This document shows positions 1 through 12,920 of a stretch of 44,480 nucleotides of DNA, piece by piece. Where the stretch lies: contig NC_069004.1 in assembly GCF_001194135.2 (NCBI RefSeq), forward strand, positions 16,758,020-16,802,499, read 5' to 3'. The stretch's first letter is position 1; each line of letters starts with the position of its first letter. The notes under the pieces were generated by a model, which saw nothing but the letters and a program-made list of their open reading frames with translations, was not told the DNA's origin and made no database searches. The translations under genes were made by a program, and so were the position numbers. The DNA is from Octopus bimaculoides. Its lineage: Eukaryota.

Positions 1-270
1 TTTCTCTGTTATATGGACTGTTAGATATGTAATTCGTCTGACGTTCCGTGTGTCATGTGGTTCGTCTGAGTTCATTGTTTCATTGTTGTTGTCTTGTGGG
101 ACTGTCGTAGTAAAATGTCATTGATATATATATGGCGGACATGACTTTTGTTTATTCATAACGAACATTGGGTGAGTGCGTTCTTTGTATGTAATTGAAC
201 AATAAATGTAATAATTAAATTGTATAACTCGTTGTGTTATCTCTACGAGTCACCCGAGGGAAACATAACA
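1..270 (+). mobile_element. Possible 3' part of a solo LTR
   Basis: AATAAA at 201-206 and an abrupt end in ...CATAACA. The 5' end lies outside the window, so TG...CA and a TSD cannot be checked. Confidence 0.25.
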
Positions 271-639
271 TTCTCTCATAGTATCTACCACAGTATAGTT
301 TGTTCTAACAGAACATCCAGGCTTAAGTGGGGGTAAATATTACCTCCCATTTAAGAAATGTCTAAAAAACTTAGACTATCTCTGCAAATTTGGAAACTAT
401 TTGGAATTTTGAAAGTTTTTCTGTATTGACTTTACTGTAATTGTATGTTTTACACTGCAAAATCTTGAAAATTTGAATTTAGTTCACAGATCTTTTGGTA
501 CTGCTTTTGTGAATCTCCAGGGGTCTATGAACCAAAGATTGGAGACCACTAGCTCGTGTTTCCAAGTCTGACTTGTGATAATGCCATTTTTTTTTTGTTG
601 AGTAGCCAGAGAGACATGACCAAATATTTAGTAATTACC

Positions 640-800
640 CCAAGGCAGAACATACTGGAAACCTCTACATGGTTGCCCAACCTGGTAAAAATAGCAGCTA
701 AATCTTGTTCAGACCATATCATACCATCTGAAAAACAGGACACATGGTATAATGTAGTCCTGGATACAGTATATCTGATGAGATGGTCATAGTTGAAATG
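640..800 (+). mobile_element. Short interspersed repeat (core AAATAGCAGCYAAATCT...TAATGTAGTCCT), degenerate copy
   Basis: Same core recurs at 18610-18760, 18805-18985 and 19300-19600. Confidence 0.55.
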
Positions 801-949
801 TTTTAAACTATAAGCTGCTATGGGTGGTAGACTTAATCCATTACACAGTTTAATATAACCACCAGGCACCTTGTCATAAACATTCAAGCTTTCTCCATCC
901 CTTTCAGCAGTCTCAAAGGCCCTATAAACAGTCAGGGGTATTGCCTTCC

Positions 950-1120
950 ATCCTGAATGAAAGCACGTAAAAGGTTCCTTGCCAGTGCTATGTAATGACA
1001 CCTGTGCTGGCACTATGTAAAAAACACCCAGCACACTCTGTAAAGTGGTTGGTGTTAGGAAGGGCTTCTAGCGGTAGAAACTGAGCCAAACCAGACCAGA
1101 ACCTGGTGCACCATCCCTCC
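950..1120 (+). mobile_element. RTE 3'-UTR-derived fragment (GTTGGTGTTAGGAAGGGC core)
   Basis: Similar to the 3' end of the RTE element at 28140-28310. Confidence 0.7.
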
Positions 1121-1121
1121 A

Positions 1122-2665
1122 AACTGCACAAATAAGTTCATGATGTAATCATCACCAAATCGCAAGACCTCAGCACAAATTCCATCCTCTCCAGGTGCCC
1201 TGCCAAGATTCAATTTACTTATTGATGTCATTACCTCATCTATTGAGGACGTGGAATTTAAGGACCCAATGATAAGTCTTTGTTGCATAGTATCAATCAC
1301 TATTTCATCCACAACTGACTCATGGTTCAGGAGTTCAGAGACCTGTAATTTCTGTTGATTTAGTAAATAGAGTAGAAGACTCCTTGGAATGCAAAGGAGC
1401 TGATGCAGAGCTCTTAGGCCCATAAACTTGCTTCATAAGATGGTAAAGCTTCTTACTGTCATTTGCATCAGCAGCAACCTGAACATCACAAGCAAGATCC
1501 TCCCACCAAATGTTCTGCATCTTCCTGAGAGATCGCTGCAGTAGTGATTTTACACTGCTATAGTGCTAGATTTCGCTGCACAGCTAAAAGTCCTCTGTGC
1601 AGCAATACATTGTGAGCATGGCGCTTTACAGCCAATAGTTGCTGAACTTGAGCATTATTTTCATTGAACCAGTCTCTGTGTCTAGCAGTAGTGTATCCCA
1701 GTTTTTCAGCAGCACATTGAAGAACCTGGTCTTGAAAATCTTCCCATGCTGCAGTATTTTCAATGCTGGACAAGTGAATCTGAAGCTCTTTCATCAACAT
1801 AGCATCATATATCTTGTGGACATTCAGACGTCAAGGAATGCCGACTGGCCCTCTTCTGTCTTTCACTCTTATCATCATCCAGAACTTTGCTTGCACCAGA
1901 CTGTGGTCTGTGCAGCATTCTGATCCATGGAAGGACTTGACATTACAAATGTCATAGATGTCCCACTTGCGGATGATGACATAATCCAGCAAGTGCCAAA
2001 CTTTGGACCTTGGATGCATCCATGTTGTCGTGTGATCACCTTTGTGCATAAAATGAGTGCTTGCGATGTAAAGTCCATGTTCATAGCAAAGATCCAGCAG
2101 AATGAGACCATTGCTATTAATTTTCCCTACACCAAAACGTCCTTAAGAGTTCCATGTTTGCCAGTCTGTTCCAACCCTGGCATTGAAATCCCCCAGTAGA
2201 ATGACTTTATCAGAATTGGGGATTTTCCTTCGTATGGCTCTTAGCTGGGTATAAAAACTAGTTTTATCTTCATCACAGCTAGTCAAAGTAGGTGCATAGG
2301 CACTTGGAGTAGCAAACTACCCACCTTTCAGGTGCAATCGTAGAGTCATTAGACATTCATCTATAGGAACAGGAAGTTCCTCCAACTTCTTAAGGCTATC
2401 AGATCGAACTGCAAAGCCAACACCATCTTCTCTGCACTCCTCCTTCTGCTTCCCCTTCCAAAAATAAAGGTGTATCCACCTTCTACTTCCTCAAGCTGAC
2501 CATCACCTTCTATATGAGTCTCTGAAAGTGCAGCTATATCAATGTTATAATGGTTCAGCTCGTGAGCAACAAGTGTAGTGTGGTCTTTCAGGCCTACAAT
2601 CACTCTTGTTGTCCAACAGAGTGCACGCATTCCAACATGAAATGTTCAAGTTCCATCCAGATTTT
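1122..2665 (-). mobile_element. Decayed RTE/BovB-like LINE fragment: AP endonuclease through pre-RT region, broken before the RT core
   Basis: Frameshifted peptides LNISCWNVRAL, ELNHYNIDIAALSETHIEGDGQLEEVEGGYTF, TWMHPRSKVWHLLDYVII, TDHSLV, HRDWFNEN and RAPGEDGICAEVL. Confidence 0.9.
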
Positions 2666-2835
2666 GTAAATAAAAGTCTCTTTGTTTTTCAAGCACAGTG
2701 TGGACATCTATCAGTTGCTCTAAACTGATCAGATATAGAAAGACAGGAAATTTTTGGTTCACCTTTTCTAGAACCTCCCCAGCCTCTGTGTGAACAAATA
2801 TAAATAATATATATATGTGTGTGTGTGTACATATA

Positions 2836-3260
2836 TATCATCATCATCATCATCATCGTTTAACGTCTGCTTTCCATGCTGGCATGGGCTGGACGATTTG
2901 ACTGAGGACTGGCAAGCCAGAAGGCTGCACCAGGCTCCAATCTGATCTGGATGCCCTTCCTAACGCCAACCACTCTGAGAGTGTAGTGGGTGCTTTTACG
3001 TGCCACCGGCACGAGGGCCAGTCACATGGTACTGGCAATGGCCACGCTCAAAAAGGTGTTTTTTACATGCCACCTGCATGGGAGCCAGTCCAGCAGCACT
3101 GGTAACGACCTCGCTCGAATGATTTTCTAACGTGCCACCAGCACAAGTGCTAGAAGGCAACGCTGGTAATGATTACGCTCAAATGGTGCTATTTACGGGC
3201 CACTAGCATGGAAGCCAGACAGCTGCTCTGGCAATGAACACGCTTGGACAGTGCTGTTAT
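2836..3260 (-). mobile_element. RTE 3'-end copy with (GAT)n tail and about 4 diverged tandem 3'-UTR units
   Basis: (CAT)n then CGTTTAACGTCTGCTTTCCATGCTGGCATGGG on the + strand, the reverse complement of the RTE 3' end at 8700-8840. Confidence 0.85.
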
Positions 3261-3865
3261 ATATATATATATATATATATGTAGTGGCTTCATGAAGGCA
3301 CAGCATGGATTTGATCCTCGATCACCAAATTTCACTTAACAGTTCAGCAGCACCTTTCTCACGGTAAAACAATAGTTTTTCTGTGAGTGACAGCAGTTAC
3401 ATTTTCCAGATGCTAAGCAGAATAATGTCTTTGCCACTTGACCCTTCTAACCCACCAAAATCTAGAATAGAGATAACAGACCGCCAATGAAATCTAATGA
3501 ACTCTGTAAGCCAAAGTGAGTTGGTGAGAACCGAGTCTGGCTGACCAGCTGAACAAAATGCTGTCTCTAAAGGAAAAGGCACAAAGGGTCAACTATGGTA
3601 ACTCACCAACGAAGCAGTTGTTTCACCCCACCACTCTTACTTTCAGCAACCCACTTTCTTTTCTCTGTAAGATTACCATATCTCTCTATATACACTACTA
3701 TGAGTTCATGTACACACATACCGACCAAAATTAACTCTTTTTACCTTGCATGCTTTTCCATTTACTAGTTATACATATCAACACATTGTAGTTTTGGATA
3801 TATACAAAGTAACAGTAAATAAATATTTCTTTACAACTTCAATCAATGTTCTTCTTCCATATATA

Positions 3866-4770
3866 TATATATGCATATACGGGTACAGGATGTCACCAAC
3901 TGTGCAAACAACATAAAATACGTAAATAAACGAGTTAGATACATAAACAAGAAGAGAAACAAATGGAAAACAGGACAAGTAAACATAGAGAAAANNNNNN
4001 NNNNNNNNNNNNNNNNNNNNNNNNNNNNNNNNNNNNNNNNNNNNNNNNNNNNNNNNNNNNNNNNNNNNNNNNNNNNNNNNNNNNNNNNNNNNNNNNNNNN
4101 NNNNNNNNNNNNNNNNNNNNNNNNNNNNNNNNNNNNNNNNNNNNNNNNNNNNNNNNNNNNNNNNNNNNNNNNNNNNNNNNNNNNNNNNNNNNNNNNNNNN
4201 NNNNNNNNNNNNNNNNNNNNNNNNNNNNNNNNNNNNNNNNNNNNNNNNNNNNNNNNNNNNNNNNNNNNNNNNNNNNNNNNNNNNNNNNNNNNNNNNNNNN
4301 NNNNNNNNNNNNNNNNNNNNNNNNNNNNNNNNNNNNNNNNNNNNNNNNNNNNNNNNNNNNNNNNNNNNNNNNNNNNNNNNNNNNNNNNNNNNNNNNNNNN
4401 NNNNNNNNNNNNNNNNNNNNNNNNNNNNNNNNNNNNNNNNNGCCTTCTTGTTTGTTCTCACTGTTTCGTTTTCCTGTTTTGTTTTCTGTCCGCCACTACA
4501 TTCCTCCACGTTACAAATTTAATTTGAATTAAATTAAATTTAAATTTAATTTGTGGTCTGTGGGAAGAGCTATTTTAACGATGCGTCCTGCCCTAACTCT
4601 TCGAAACGCCAGTGTTGAATGGTGGCAGCTGATGAAGGAAATTTTCTCTATGTGGCCTGTCTGTTTTCTGTACTTGTTTATCATTTTGTCTACGTTTTGT
4701 TTGCAATGTCCTGTACCCAGATATGCATCTATATATACAGGTAGATGTAAGTATGTACATATGCATATAC
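3866..4770. mobile_element. Two diverged copies of one repeat in inverted orientation flanking the first gap
   Basis: Reverse complement of 3866-3994 (TTTCTCTATGT...CTTGTTTAT...TTTGCA...TCCTGTACCC..ATATGCAT) aligns to about 4643-4770. Confidence 0.55.
3995..4441. other. Assembly gap (447 N)
   Basis: Seen directly. Confidence 0.99.
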
Positions 4771-4796
4771 TCATTTATTATATATATATATATATC

Positions 4797-4931
4797 AGCA
4801 TGGCTCTGTGGAACCACAAGGTTCTAGGTTCAGTCTTATTGCATGGCAGTTTGAGCAAGTGTCTTCTACTATAGTCTCAGGCTGACTAAAGCCTTGTGAA
4901 TGGATTTGGTAGATGGAAATTGAAAGAAGCT
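4797..4931 (+). mobile_element. tRNA-derived SINE, family with GCAAGTGTCTTCTACTATAG core
   Basis: Degenerate Pol III head and conserved body. Related copies at 28590-28742(-), 33680-33835(-), 38281-38408(-) and 40328-40500(+). Confidence 0.75.
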
Positions 4932-5124
4932 TTAAGGATATCACGAAAGGCCTGATTGGAGGTCCAGCCTTCTGAGTTCTTTTACAGGGCTTAGAAAAAC
5001 TGCTGCAATAAGTGTGTGCATTTGAGAGGGAAATATGTTGAGTGAAAGCATAATTAACTGATCCTTCTGTATTTTGTTTCACCCAAAGCCAGGAACTTTT
5101 CAGCACTCCCTTGTATATGTGTGT

Positions 5125-5340
5125 GCATCTGTGTCTTTGTGTGTGTTTGTCCCACACCACTACTTGAGTACTAGTGTTGGTGTGTTTATGTCCCTGTAAT
5201 TTAGTGATTTGGCAAAAGAGACCAACAGAATAAGTGCCAAGCTTATAAAAAAATAAGTACTGGCATCAATTTGACTAAAATTCTTTAAGGTGGTGCCCCA
5301 GCATGGCTGCAGTCTAACGACTGAAACAAGTAAAAGAAAG
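5125..5340 (-). mobile_element. Interspersed repeat (TTTTACTTGTTTCAGTC...GCGGCCATGCTGG family)
   Basis: Reverse complement matches 28355-28570. Further pieces at 39245-39400 and 44395-44450. Confidence 0.7.
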
Positions 5341-5462
5341 ATATGCATGAAATTTTATGTTGTTGCATGGAGAAAATTATGAAACTGCAACCACATAGAA
5401 ATATTAAATCTTCATTTGCCTCCCACAGTTGATTGTTATATACTCCTTGTAGAAATATTGAT

Positions 5463-5652
5463 ATCAAATTCTAGCACAAGGCCAGCAATTGCAGGGGAGT
5501 GGGTAAGTCAATTACTGTCATTTATTTTATCAGCTCCGAAAGGGTGAAAAGCAAAGTTGACTTTGGTGGAATTTGAACTCAGAATGCAAAGATGGACGAA
5601 ATGCCACTAAGCATCTTGCTCGGTGCAGCAACAATTCTGCCAGCTCGCTGCC
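5463..5652 (-). mobile_element. tRNA-derived SINE with GCCTTTCATCCTTTCGGGGTCGATAAA-type central domain (MetaSINE-like), degenerate
   Basis: B-box GAGTTCAAATTCC on the minus strand, same body as the 17943-18234 pair. Family name assigned from memory. Confidence 0.75.
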
Positions 5653-6085
5653 TTTATTCCTTGTAGAAATATCAGGTTGTATATCCTGGATTTTCAAATG
5701 CATGGGTGTATTAGATTACATCACAATTCCAGATGGCCAGTTGAAGCATTTACTATAAGTTCTGTTTGATTCTCTGAATCCAACTTTCTATCTTTCTGCT
5801 TTATTTGTACATTTTCTATATGTATATATATGTAATACACACACACACATATATAAATAATTGAGATTCAGTTGAATCAGGTACTTAAGTTGAAGCACCA
5901 AGTCAGTCCGGTATTATCTGCACAGCTCGAAGTAAGGTGAATAAAATCAGTGTGCCTCATGCCTTTCTTGGAAGTGTAGTCTATCCTTAGCTAGAATAGC
6001 AACAACTCTGTTAAAGTATTTGAGAAAAATTATATTAATGTGTCCAACTGATTAAAATTCTATTTATTTGTGCAGCTGATGATAG

Positions 6086-6120
<35 letters not shown>

Positions 6121-6123
<3 letters not shown>

Positions 6124-6320
6124 GCCATGATAGATCGCTGACCACTACATTCATATATTTTTTTCTCTCCTTGTTTCTTTCTGTGTTCCTTTCTGTTAAA
6201 GAGCGTAGGCTTGAAATGTTAAAGACTTTCTCTATTCTCGAGTGTTATACTAATACATCCATTTGTTGTTTACACCACTTGTCTTCGTCTGTTGTTTTTT
6301 TCGTAAATTCTCCCCTATAT
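6121..6320 (+). mobile_element. Penelope-like terminal fragment between (TA)n tracts
   Basis: Contains a decayed minimal hammerhead-like arrangement at 6189-6224. Confidence 0.45.
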
Positions 6321-7060
6321 ATATATATCTATATATATAAAGATGAGAATGTGTGTCTGTGAGTCAAATGACTGAAACAAGTAAAAGAATAAAAGAATGT
6401 ATGTATGTACATTCATTCTTTCTAATACACTTTACTCAAAATGTGAGATAGTAGAAATAATCCAATATTAAAAATTTAAGTTGACCATAAGAGTAAGTGA
6501 CCAATATCAAATTCCAACACACTATCTGGGTAGTATTTGACCTGAAGACAATGCAAATGTTTTTGAGTGTGATAACCCAATGACACACACTAATGTTTTT
6601 ATTACTGTCCCCTCCTTGATTTTGGCCATAGCTTATCCCTTCTATTGTAAGGCTCACCTCCTCTAATTTTTCTATTCCTTCTTCTTTTCCTTTTCTTCCC
6701 TTTAGTCCTTCTTTTCCAACTCATCACTTCGCTTCCTCTTTTCTCTTTATCTCTCTTCCCTCACACCTAATACTTATTGCCTCTCTTTGTTTCCCTCCCC
6801 ATGCCTGTACCATTGTTTCAGTGTTCTGCTAGGTTAACCAGAACAAAATGACTCTGTCAAGGGTAGCATTCTCTAGGTTGTTCAATTTTTCTCAACCAGA
6901 TCACTGGGCTGATTGAGTAAACCAATCAATGATGAACCTACCTCAAATAAAATAGATCGATAGCAACATTTTCCTTTTAAGCAAAATATGTACCTAATTC
7001 AATAAAATTTTGAAGATTCCTCAGATTACTATGTATAAAATGCAAAATATTTAAATTTTT

Positions 7061-8839
7061 GTAGATGAGGTAGGCATAATTCACCAAGGATCAGTCCTCA
7101 GCCCCTTTTGTTCATTATAGTCCTCCAGGAAATAACAGAGGAATTCAAGACTGGCTGCCCCTGGGAGCTACTCTACACTGATGACCTTGCTCTAATAGCT
7201 GAGTCACTACCAGAACTAGAGAAGAAGTTTCAGGTGTGGAAGCAAGGTCAAGAATTGAAGGGCCTTAGGGTTAACCTAGCAAAAACCAAAGTTTAAGTAA
7301 GTAGGAAGGCAGACGAGTCACAAATCCCCTCAGGTAGATGGCCCTGCTCAATCTGTAGAAAAGGCGTAGGCAGAAACTCCATAAGATGTACCTCGTGTAA
7401 GCGCTCAAAGCAAGGTTAACTGGGAAGATAGTTTTTGTCTGTGGAAGATGCACAGGTGCAATAAACACTGAAAATGTACAGAAAACAGATTCCATCACAT
7501 GCCAGGGGGAAAAACTAGAAATTGTTGATAGCCTCCATTACGTAGGTGACCAAGTCAGTAGTTGGGGTGGATGCTCCGAGAGCATAGTGCCTAGAATAAG
7601 AGTAGCCTGGGCAAAGTTCAGAGAGCTCCTACCTTTGCTGGTAACAAAGGGCCTCCTCGCTCAGAGTGAAATGTAGACTGTATAATGCCTGTGTGTGAAC
7701 AGCCATGCTACATGGCAGTGAAACATGGGCCATGACTGCTGAGGACATGGATAGGCTTGAAAGAAATGAAGCTAATATGCTCCACTGGATGTGTAATGTC
7801 AGTGTGCATACACGAAAGAGTGCAAGCACCCTGAGAGAAAAGTTGAACATAAGAAGCATCGAATGTGGTGTGCAAGAAAGACGACTGCGCTGGTATAGTC
7901 ATGTGTTACGTATTGATGAGGACAGCTGTGTGAGGATGTGTCACACCCTAACTGTGGAAGGAACCTGTAGAAGAGGTAGACCCAGGAAGATATGGGATGA
8001 GGTGGTGAAGCATGACCTTCGAACATTGGGCCTCACAGAGGCAGTGACAGGAGACTGAGACCTTTGGATATACGCTATGATTGAGAAGACCCAGCAACTA
8101 AAGTGAGATCGCAGCCATGGCTGATGCCAGTGTTGCATGTCCGGCCCATTTAAGATTACCCTTGACGTGTCAGGTGATATGATATGCTTGAGAAGACTTG
8201 TTGAGTCAAGTAAAACCAAAATCATAGCTGTGGCCAGTGCCCCTGACTGGTTCCCATTCCGTAAAATGCATCTTCTGAACGTGGTCAATGCCAGTATCTC
8301 CCGACTGGCTTCTGTGCCGGTGGCATGTAATAAACATCATCTGAACATGGTCAATGCTAGGTCTGGCTGAGTAGCTCCCATGCCGGTGGCACGTAAAAAG
8401 CACCATCTGAATGTGGCCGATACCAGTACCCCCTAATTGGCTCCCATGCCAGTGACACGTAAAAAGCACTATCAGAACATGATCAATGCCAGGACTGCCT
8501 GACTGGCTCCTGTGCCAATGGCATGTAAAAAGCACCATCCAAACATGGCTGATGCTAGTACCCACTGACAGGCTCCGGTGCTGGTGGCACGTAAAAAGCA
8601 CTATCCTAACATGATCGATGCCAGGCTCACCTAACTGGCTCCTGTGCCAGTGGCATGTAAAAAGCACCCGCTACACCCTCGGACTCGCTGGCGTTAGGAA
8701 GGGCATCCAGCTGTAGAAACATTGCCAGATCAGATTGGAGTCTGGTGCAGCTGCTGGCTCTCCAGACCTCAGTCAAACCATCCAACCCATGCCAGCATGG
8801 AAAACGGGACGCTAAACGATGATGATGATGATGATGATG

Positions 8840-8840
<1 letters not shown>
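7061..8840 (+). mobile_element. 5'-truncated RTE LINE copy: RT C-terminal half, PHD-like insert, 66-bp array, (GAT)n tail
   Basis: HQGSVLSPLLFIIV, LLYTDDLALIAES, GLRVNLAKTKV, MLHGSETWAMT and RRGRPRKIW; colinear with 26480-28310. Confidence 0.93.
8240..8667 (+). repeat. 66-bp tandem array, about 6-7 units, in the RTE 3' UTR
   Basis: GGCAYGTAAAAAGCAC recurs every ~66 bp; the antisense ORF shows a 22-aa period. Confidence 0.9.
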
Positions 8841-8879
<39 letters not shown>

Positions 8880-8886
8880 TATATTA

Positions 8887-9274
8887 CAGGAACGAATATC
8901 TCAAGTCATTTAGAATAGTTTAATTTGGGTAATGTGAATTTGAAGTGTTACAGCCATTTCTGGAATAGCCCAAGCAGTAGGTTAGTATGTCCATACACTG
9001 GGTATTCCATCATCAGAGACAAGGGATGAATATTTTAGACAGGGAAAATTTATAGTTTACAAGGAATAAAATTCACAGTTTATAAGGAATAAAATAGAAG
9101 AATAAAGAGTAAAGGTAGTTAGAAGAATAACGTTCACAATTCATCTTTTTCCAGAGGATATAGATGTGTGGACATATTAACCTACCACTTGGGTTATCCC
9201 AGAAATGGCTGTAAGACTTCAAATTCACCTTACCCTAATTAAATTATTCTAAATGATTTGAGATACTTGTTCTG
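8887..9274. mobile_element. Long-TIR (foldback) MITE with ~110-bp arms
   Basis: 8889-8998 matches the reverse complement of 9165-9273 (TCATTTAGAATA...GTGAATTTGAAGT.TTACAGCCATTTCTGG), about 85% by eye. Confidence 0.8.
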
Positions 9275-9486
9275 TCTTGGTCTTGATTTTTTCCTCTAAT
9301 ATACTATATACCTGCTATAATGGAACCCTAATACGGATCCCTAGATCCAGCCTTAGCTGTGATCTTGGAACCTAATGGTCGACCAACTATAGCATTTACT
9401 CAGCGTATCTATTTGCTTAGATCACAAGTGAACTAAACCCGTTATATTCTATATACATATATATTCATGTATATATACACACATAT

Positions 9487-9487
9487 A

Positions 9488-9558
<71 letters not shown>
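9487..9558. repeat. Compound (TA)n(TG)n microsatellite
   Basis: Seen directly. Confidence 0.95.
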
Positions 9559-9562
<4 letters not shown>

Positions 9563-9582
9563 CTACATATATATTATATATA

Positions 9583-10444
9583 CAAAGTGTTTGGGCTAAA
9601 TTTGACAGTTTGCATGAAAAGAAAAGAAAACACAATATCTCATGCAGAAATAAAAGTATTTAAAAAAAAATCAAAATATATCAATTAGATATTGGCAGGG
9701 AGATGACAGTTTACTCCGAGTAGTTGCCCACAGCTTTCATCATGGCCTCAGGACAGCTCTGGAACTTGGCACATGCATTCCTCACTGTCTTCCAGGGAAG
9801 ATTATCAAACACCTCCTTGATCTTCACGACCAGTTTGGCAGAGTGGTTGGTGTCTTTTTCAGCCATGCCCCACACATAGTAATCCATTGGTTTATAGTCA
9901 GGGGAATTAGGAGGACAGAAATTGGGGCTGGTGAAGTTGTAGAAATTCTCTGAGAACCACTTCTGACTCTTTACAGAAGTATGGCAAGGAATCAAATCTT
10001 GTTGCCACACATATTGCCTTCCAGCAGCAACCTTCTTCAGCCAGGGATTGACTAGTTTCCAGCAGCTTCACAATATGCCTGAATTGAGCCTAAGGCCCTG
10101 TTCAATTATGTGGGGATGGATTCCAGCATACAGATGCAGTCAGAGTGCTTGCTGTGTCCCTTACTGTCAGTCACAGCTTCATAGTCTACATTGCAGCTGT
10201 CCATGTTACATCTTAAGCCTTTACAGCAGTCATGATGTCAATATTTTGATACTAGGCAGGAATCATTAATACAGGTAACTCTTTTCCAATATTTAGATGA
10301 TTTTCAGTCCTCCATGTCAGCTAACTTTTCTCAACTACAACTTCAATCTTTATGTTCTCCAATGCCATTGACTGTTTACCAATACATCAATCTGTTATTG
10401 AAAAAAGGAGACAAAAATTCATCAAATTTAGCCCGAATACCCTG
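9583..10444 (-). mobile_element. Internally deleted Tc1/mariner element, maT (DD37D) type
   Basis: WQQD...PPNSPDYKPMDYYVW with 37 residues between the 2nd and 3rd Asp. TIRs CAAAGTGTTTGGGCTAAATTTGA and TCAAATTTAGCCCGAATACCCTG; TA at the left end. Confidence 0.85.
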
Positions 10445-11724
10445 TGAGGTGGGTTAAAAAGTTCATAAGCTGACTATGGAGGAGTGATTCTAGAGCTGTG
10501 AAATCTTGTATGCATTAATTTCTACTCCTCTTATTAATAACTGCGCTGTTTATTTTCAGGTAAATTGATATCTGACTGTTCAAAGAACATTTCAAAGTAA
10601 CTAGTAGTGACTTTTTTTGAAAATTGACAAAGTTTGTTATCATGACGTTATCAAGTATCTTCAGAAAAGGGTTCAGCTCCCAATGACTTTCATGCTGACA
10701 TGGTTGCTATATTAGGGGATGATGCTCCAGCTTTATTAACAGTGCAAAAGTAGGCAGCTGGTTTCATAAGGGAAAGGGAGAGTCTTGACGATGACCCAAA
10801 GTCTAGATGTCCTGCAACTGCCATCGCTGTGGAAAACATTGATCATGTTCACTACATGTTGATGGATGATAAGTGAATGACTATAAATTAAATAGGTAAA
10901 GCTATTGGTACATCCTGTGAGAGAGTTGAGAATATACTGCACAATGAACTTGGCATGGAGAAGGATTCTGTTTGGTGGGCACCACGTCTTCTGACACCTA
11001 ATCAAAAGTGCACCAGGCTGATCACATGATAGGGAAAATCTGACTTTGTTTGAGACAGATCCAGCTGGTTTTCTTGAACGTTTCCTAAACCAGGATGAGT
11101 TTTGGCTTCATCACTTTGAGTCAGAGACAAAAGGACAATCCATGCTGTGGAAATATCCCTCCTAACCTGATCCAAAGAAGGCTAAGGTCGTTTAATCTGC
11201 AGATAAGCTGATGGTCTTAGTATTTTTGGATGCAATAGGCATTGAGTTTATTGACTATCTTCAAAAGGGCCACACTACCAATGGAGAGTACTATGCCAAC
11301 TTGCTGAGGCAGTTATGAAAGGCTATCAAAACCAAACACTCAGGAAAACTGACAAAAGGGTTGTTGTTTCATCACGACAATGCTCCAGCACACAAGTCTT
11401 TGGTTTCAATGACTGCTGTGCATGGCTGTGGATTTGAACTGGTTGAGCACCCTCCCTATTCTCTTGATTTGGCCCCATCTGCTTATCTTCTGTTCCCCAA
11501 CTTAAAAACTCTTGGCTGGGAAGCAGTATTGCAGTTATGACGATGTCATATCTGCTGTTGATAAATTTTTGGATCAACAAGATGAAAGCTTCTTGACTAG
11601 TGGGATCCAAGCACTGCAACACCAATGGAAGAAGTGTGTGGACTATGTTGCAAAATAAACTTTATTTGTTCACATTCCATGAGAGTATCTTGGTCAGCCT
11701 ATGAACTTTTCAGCCAACCCTTTG
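10445..11724 (+). mobile_element. Full-length (~1.28 kb) decayed mariner element; transposase pseudogene at about 10620-11658
   Basis: WAPRLLTP, QDEFWLHHF, HHDNAPAH and HPPYSLDLAPSAY motifs with stops and frameshifts. TIRs AAAAGTTCATAAGCTGAC and GTCAGCCTATGAACTTTT; TA at the right end. Confidence 0.92.
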
Positions 11725-12920
11725 TACACATATTATATAAGCTACATATGACTGCATCTGGTAGTGGGACCCTGATTTGGGAGTGCCAGCGTTTTGAGGG
11801 GTGTGGAATCACCCCTTAGTCACTATTGGTCCCAGGTCTGATCTAACCTGAAGAAGTAGCACCCTGCCAGGTTTCCAGTTATGAGTTAATTAAAATGTCA
11901 CAGAATTGCCTTCAGAAGATCACTCACAGTTCCCTAATGAATCTAGGGCCGATGAAGCCCTTCAACTCTTTAGCTGCTCATCTAAGAGAAGATAACTCTA
12001 TACAATTCTTTCATCCTGATAACAAATGAACTACGAGTGGCACCAAATGAAGGAGAGTGGAATTGACTCTGCACAAACAATGTCTACTATAATAATATTC
12101 ATCATGCAGGTTGTTCAGCAAACCAAGATACCAGTATCAACACCAACACCTACACCATTTCACTCTCTTCACGAATCGAGTGACGATAGAGAAAGAGTTA
12201 ATGAGAACCGGTTGAGGATGCTACTGGAAGTCTTCAGCTTTGACTCTGCATACAGGTGGGCATAGGGCGAAAGTCAAGTTAGACAGCAATAGGCGAAACA
12301 AAATATATTTTGTTAAAATAATGATTATGAATTAAATATCTATCTAATCTAATTTAATTACAACGCAAAACATCACTAATTTTCTTGGGGTCTAATGCTT
12401 TACTAAATAATTTTATATACAATTAACTATAAATATTAGGATGGAGGATGATAATGGTTAGAGGATGTGGAAATTAGTGTCCTATGACTAAGGGAAGTGC
12501 TATATATGTATGTATGTGTGTGTGCTCAGCTTACCAAAACTTCTGCAAGGCAGCAGCTTGCAAAGGAGATGGCTGGTCTGGGTAAAGCTGGCTACACGCC
12601 GTATCAATTGCCAACAGTCCATCATAATGTGGATCTAAGACACATCTGTTATCCACATTATCTTTCTCAGTATCCATTTCAGCTGTGTTAGTTCGTTGCT
12701 CCATCTCTCCTACTATAAACATACATATATAATATGTATATATATATATACGTATATTCTGTTGTTTTTCTGAGGTTCGATCTCTCTTTATAAAGGAGGA
12801 TAAATAGAGATGGAACGTAAGCTTACTGGAGCTTAATACACACAACACCTTCTCTGCACGTCACTTCCGCTGGCCACTGTTGTTGCTTCATGTATTAGCG
12901 TAAGATGACGAAGATAATCG

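Noticed and set aside
3778-4532. Long ORFs at 3778-4532 and 38652-39131
   Set aside because: Artefacts of translating N gaps; only the exon 7 part is real coding sequence.
4595-4645. GAAAC...CTGATGA as a permuted hammerhead
   Set aside because: No NUH site in register, stem I does not pair next to the core, and stem II is only about 3 bp.
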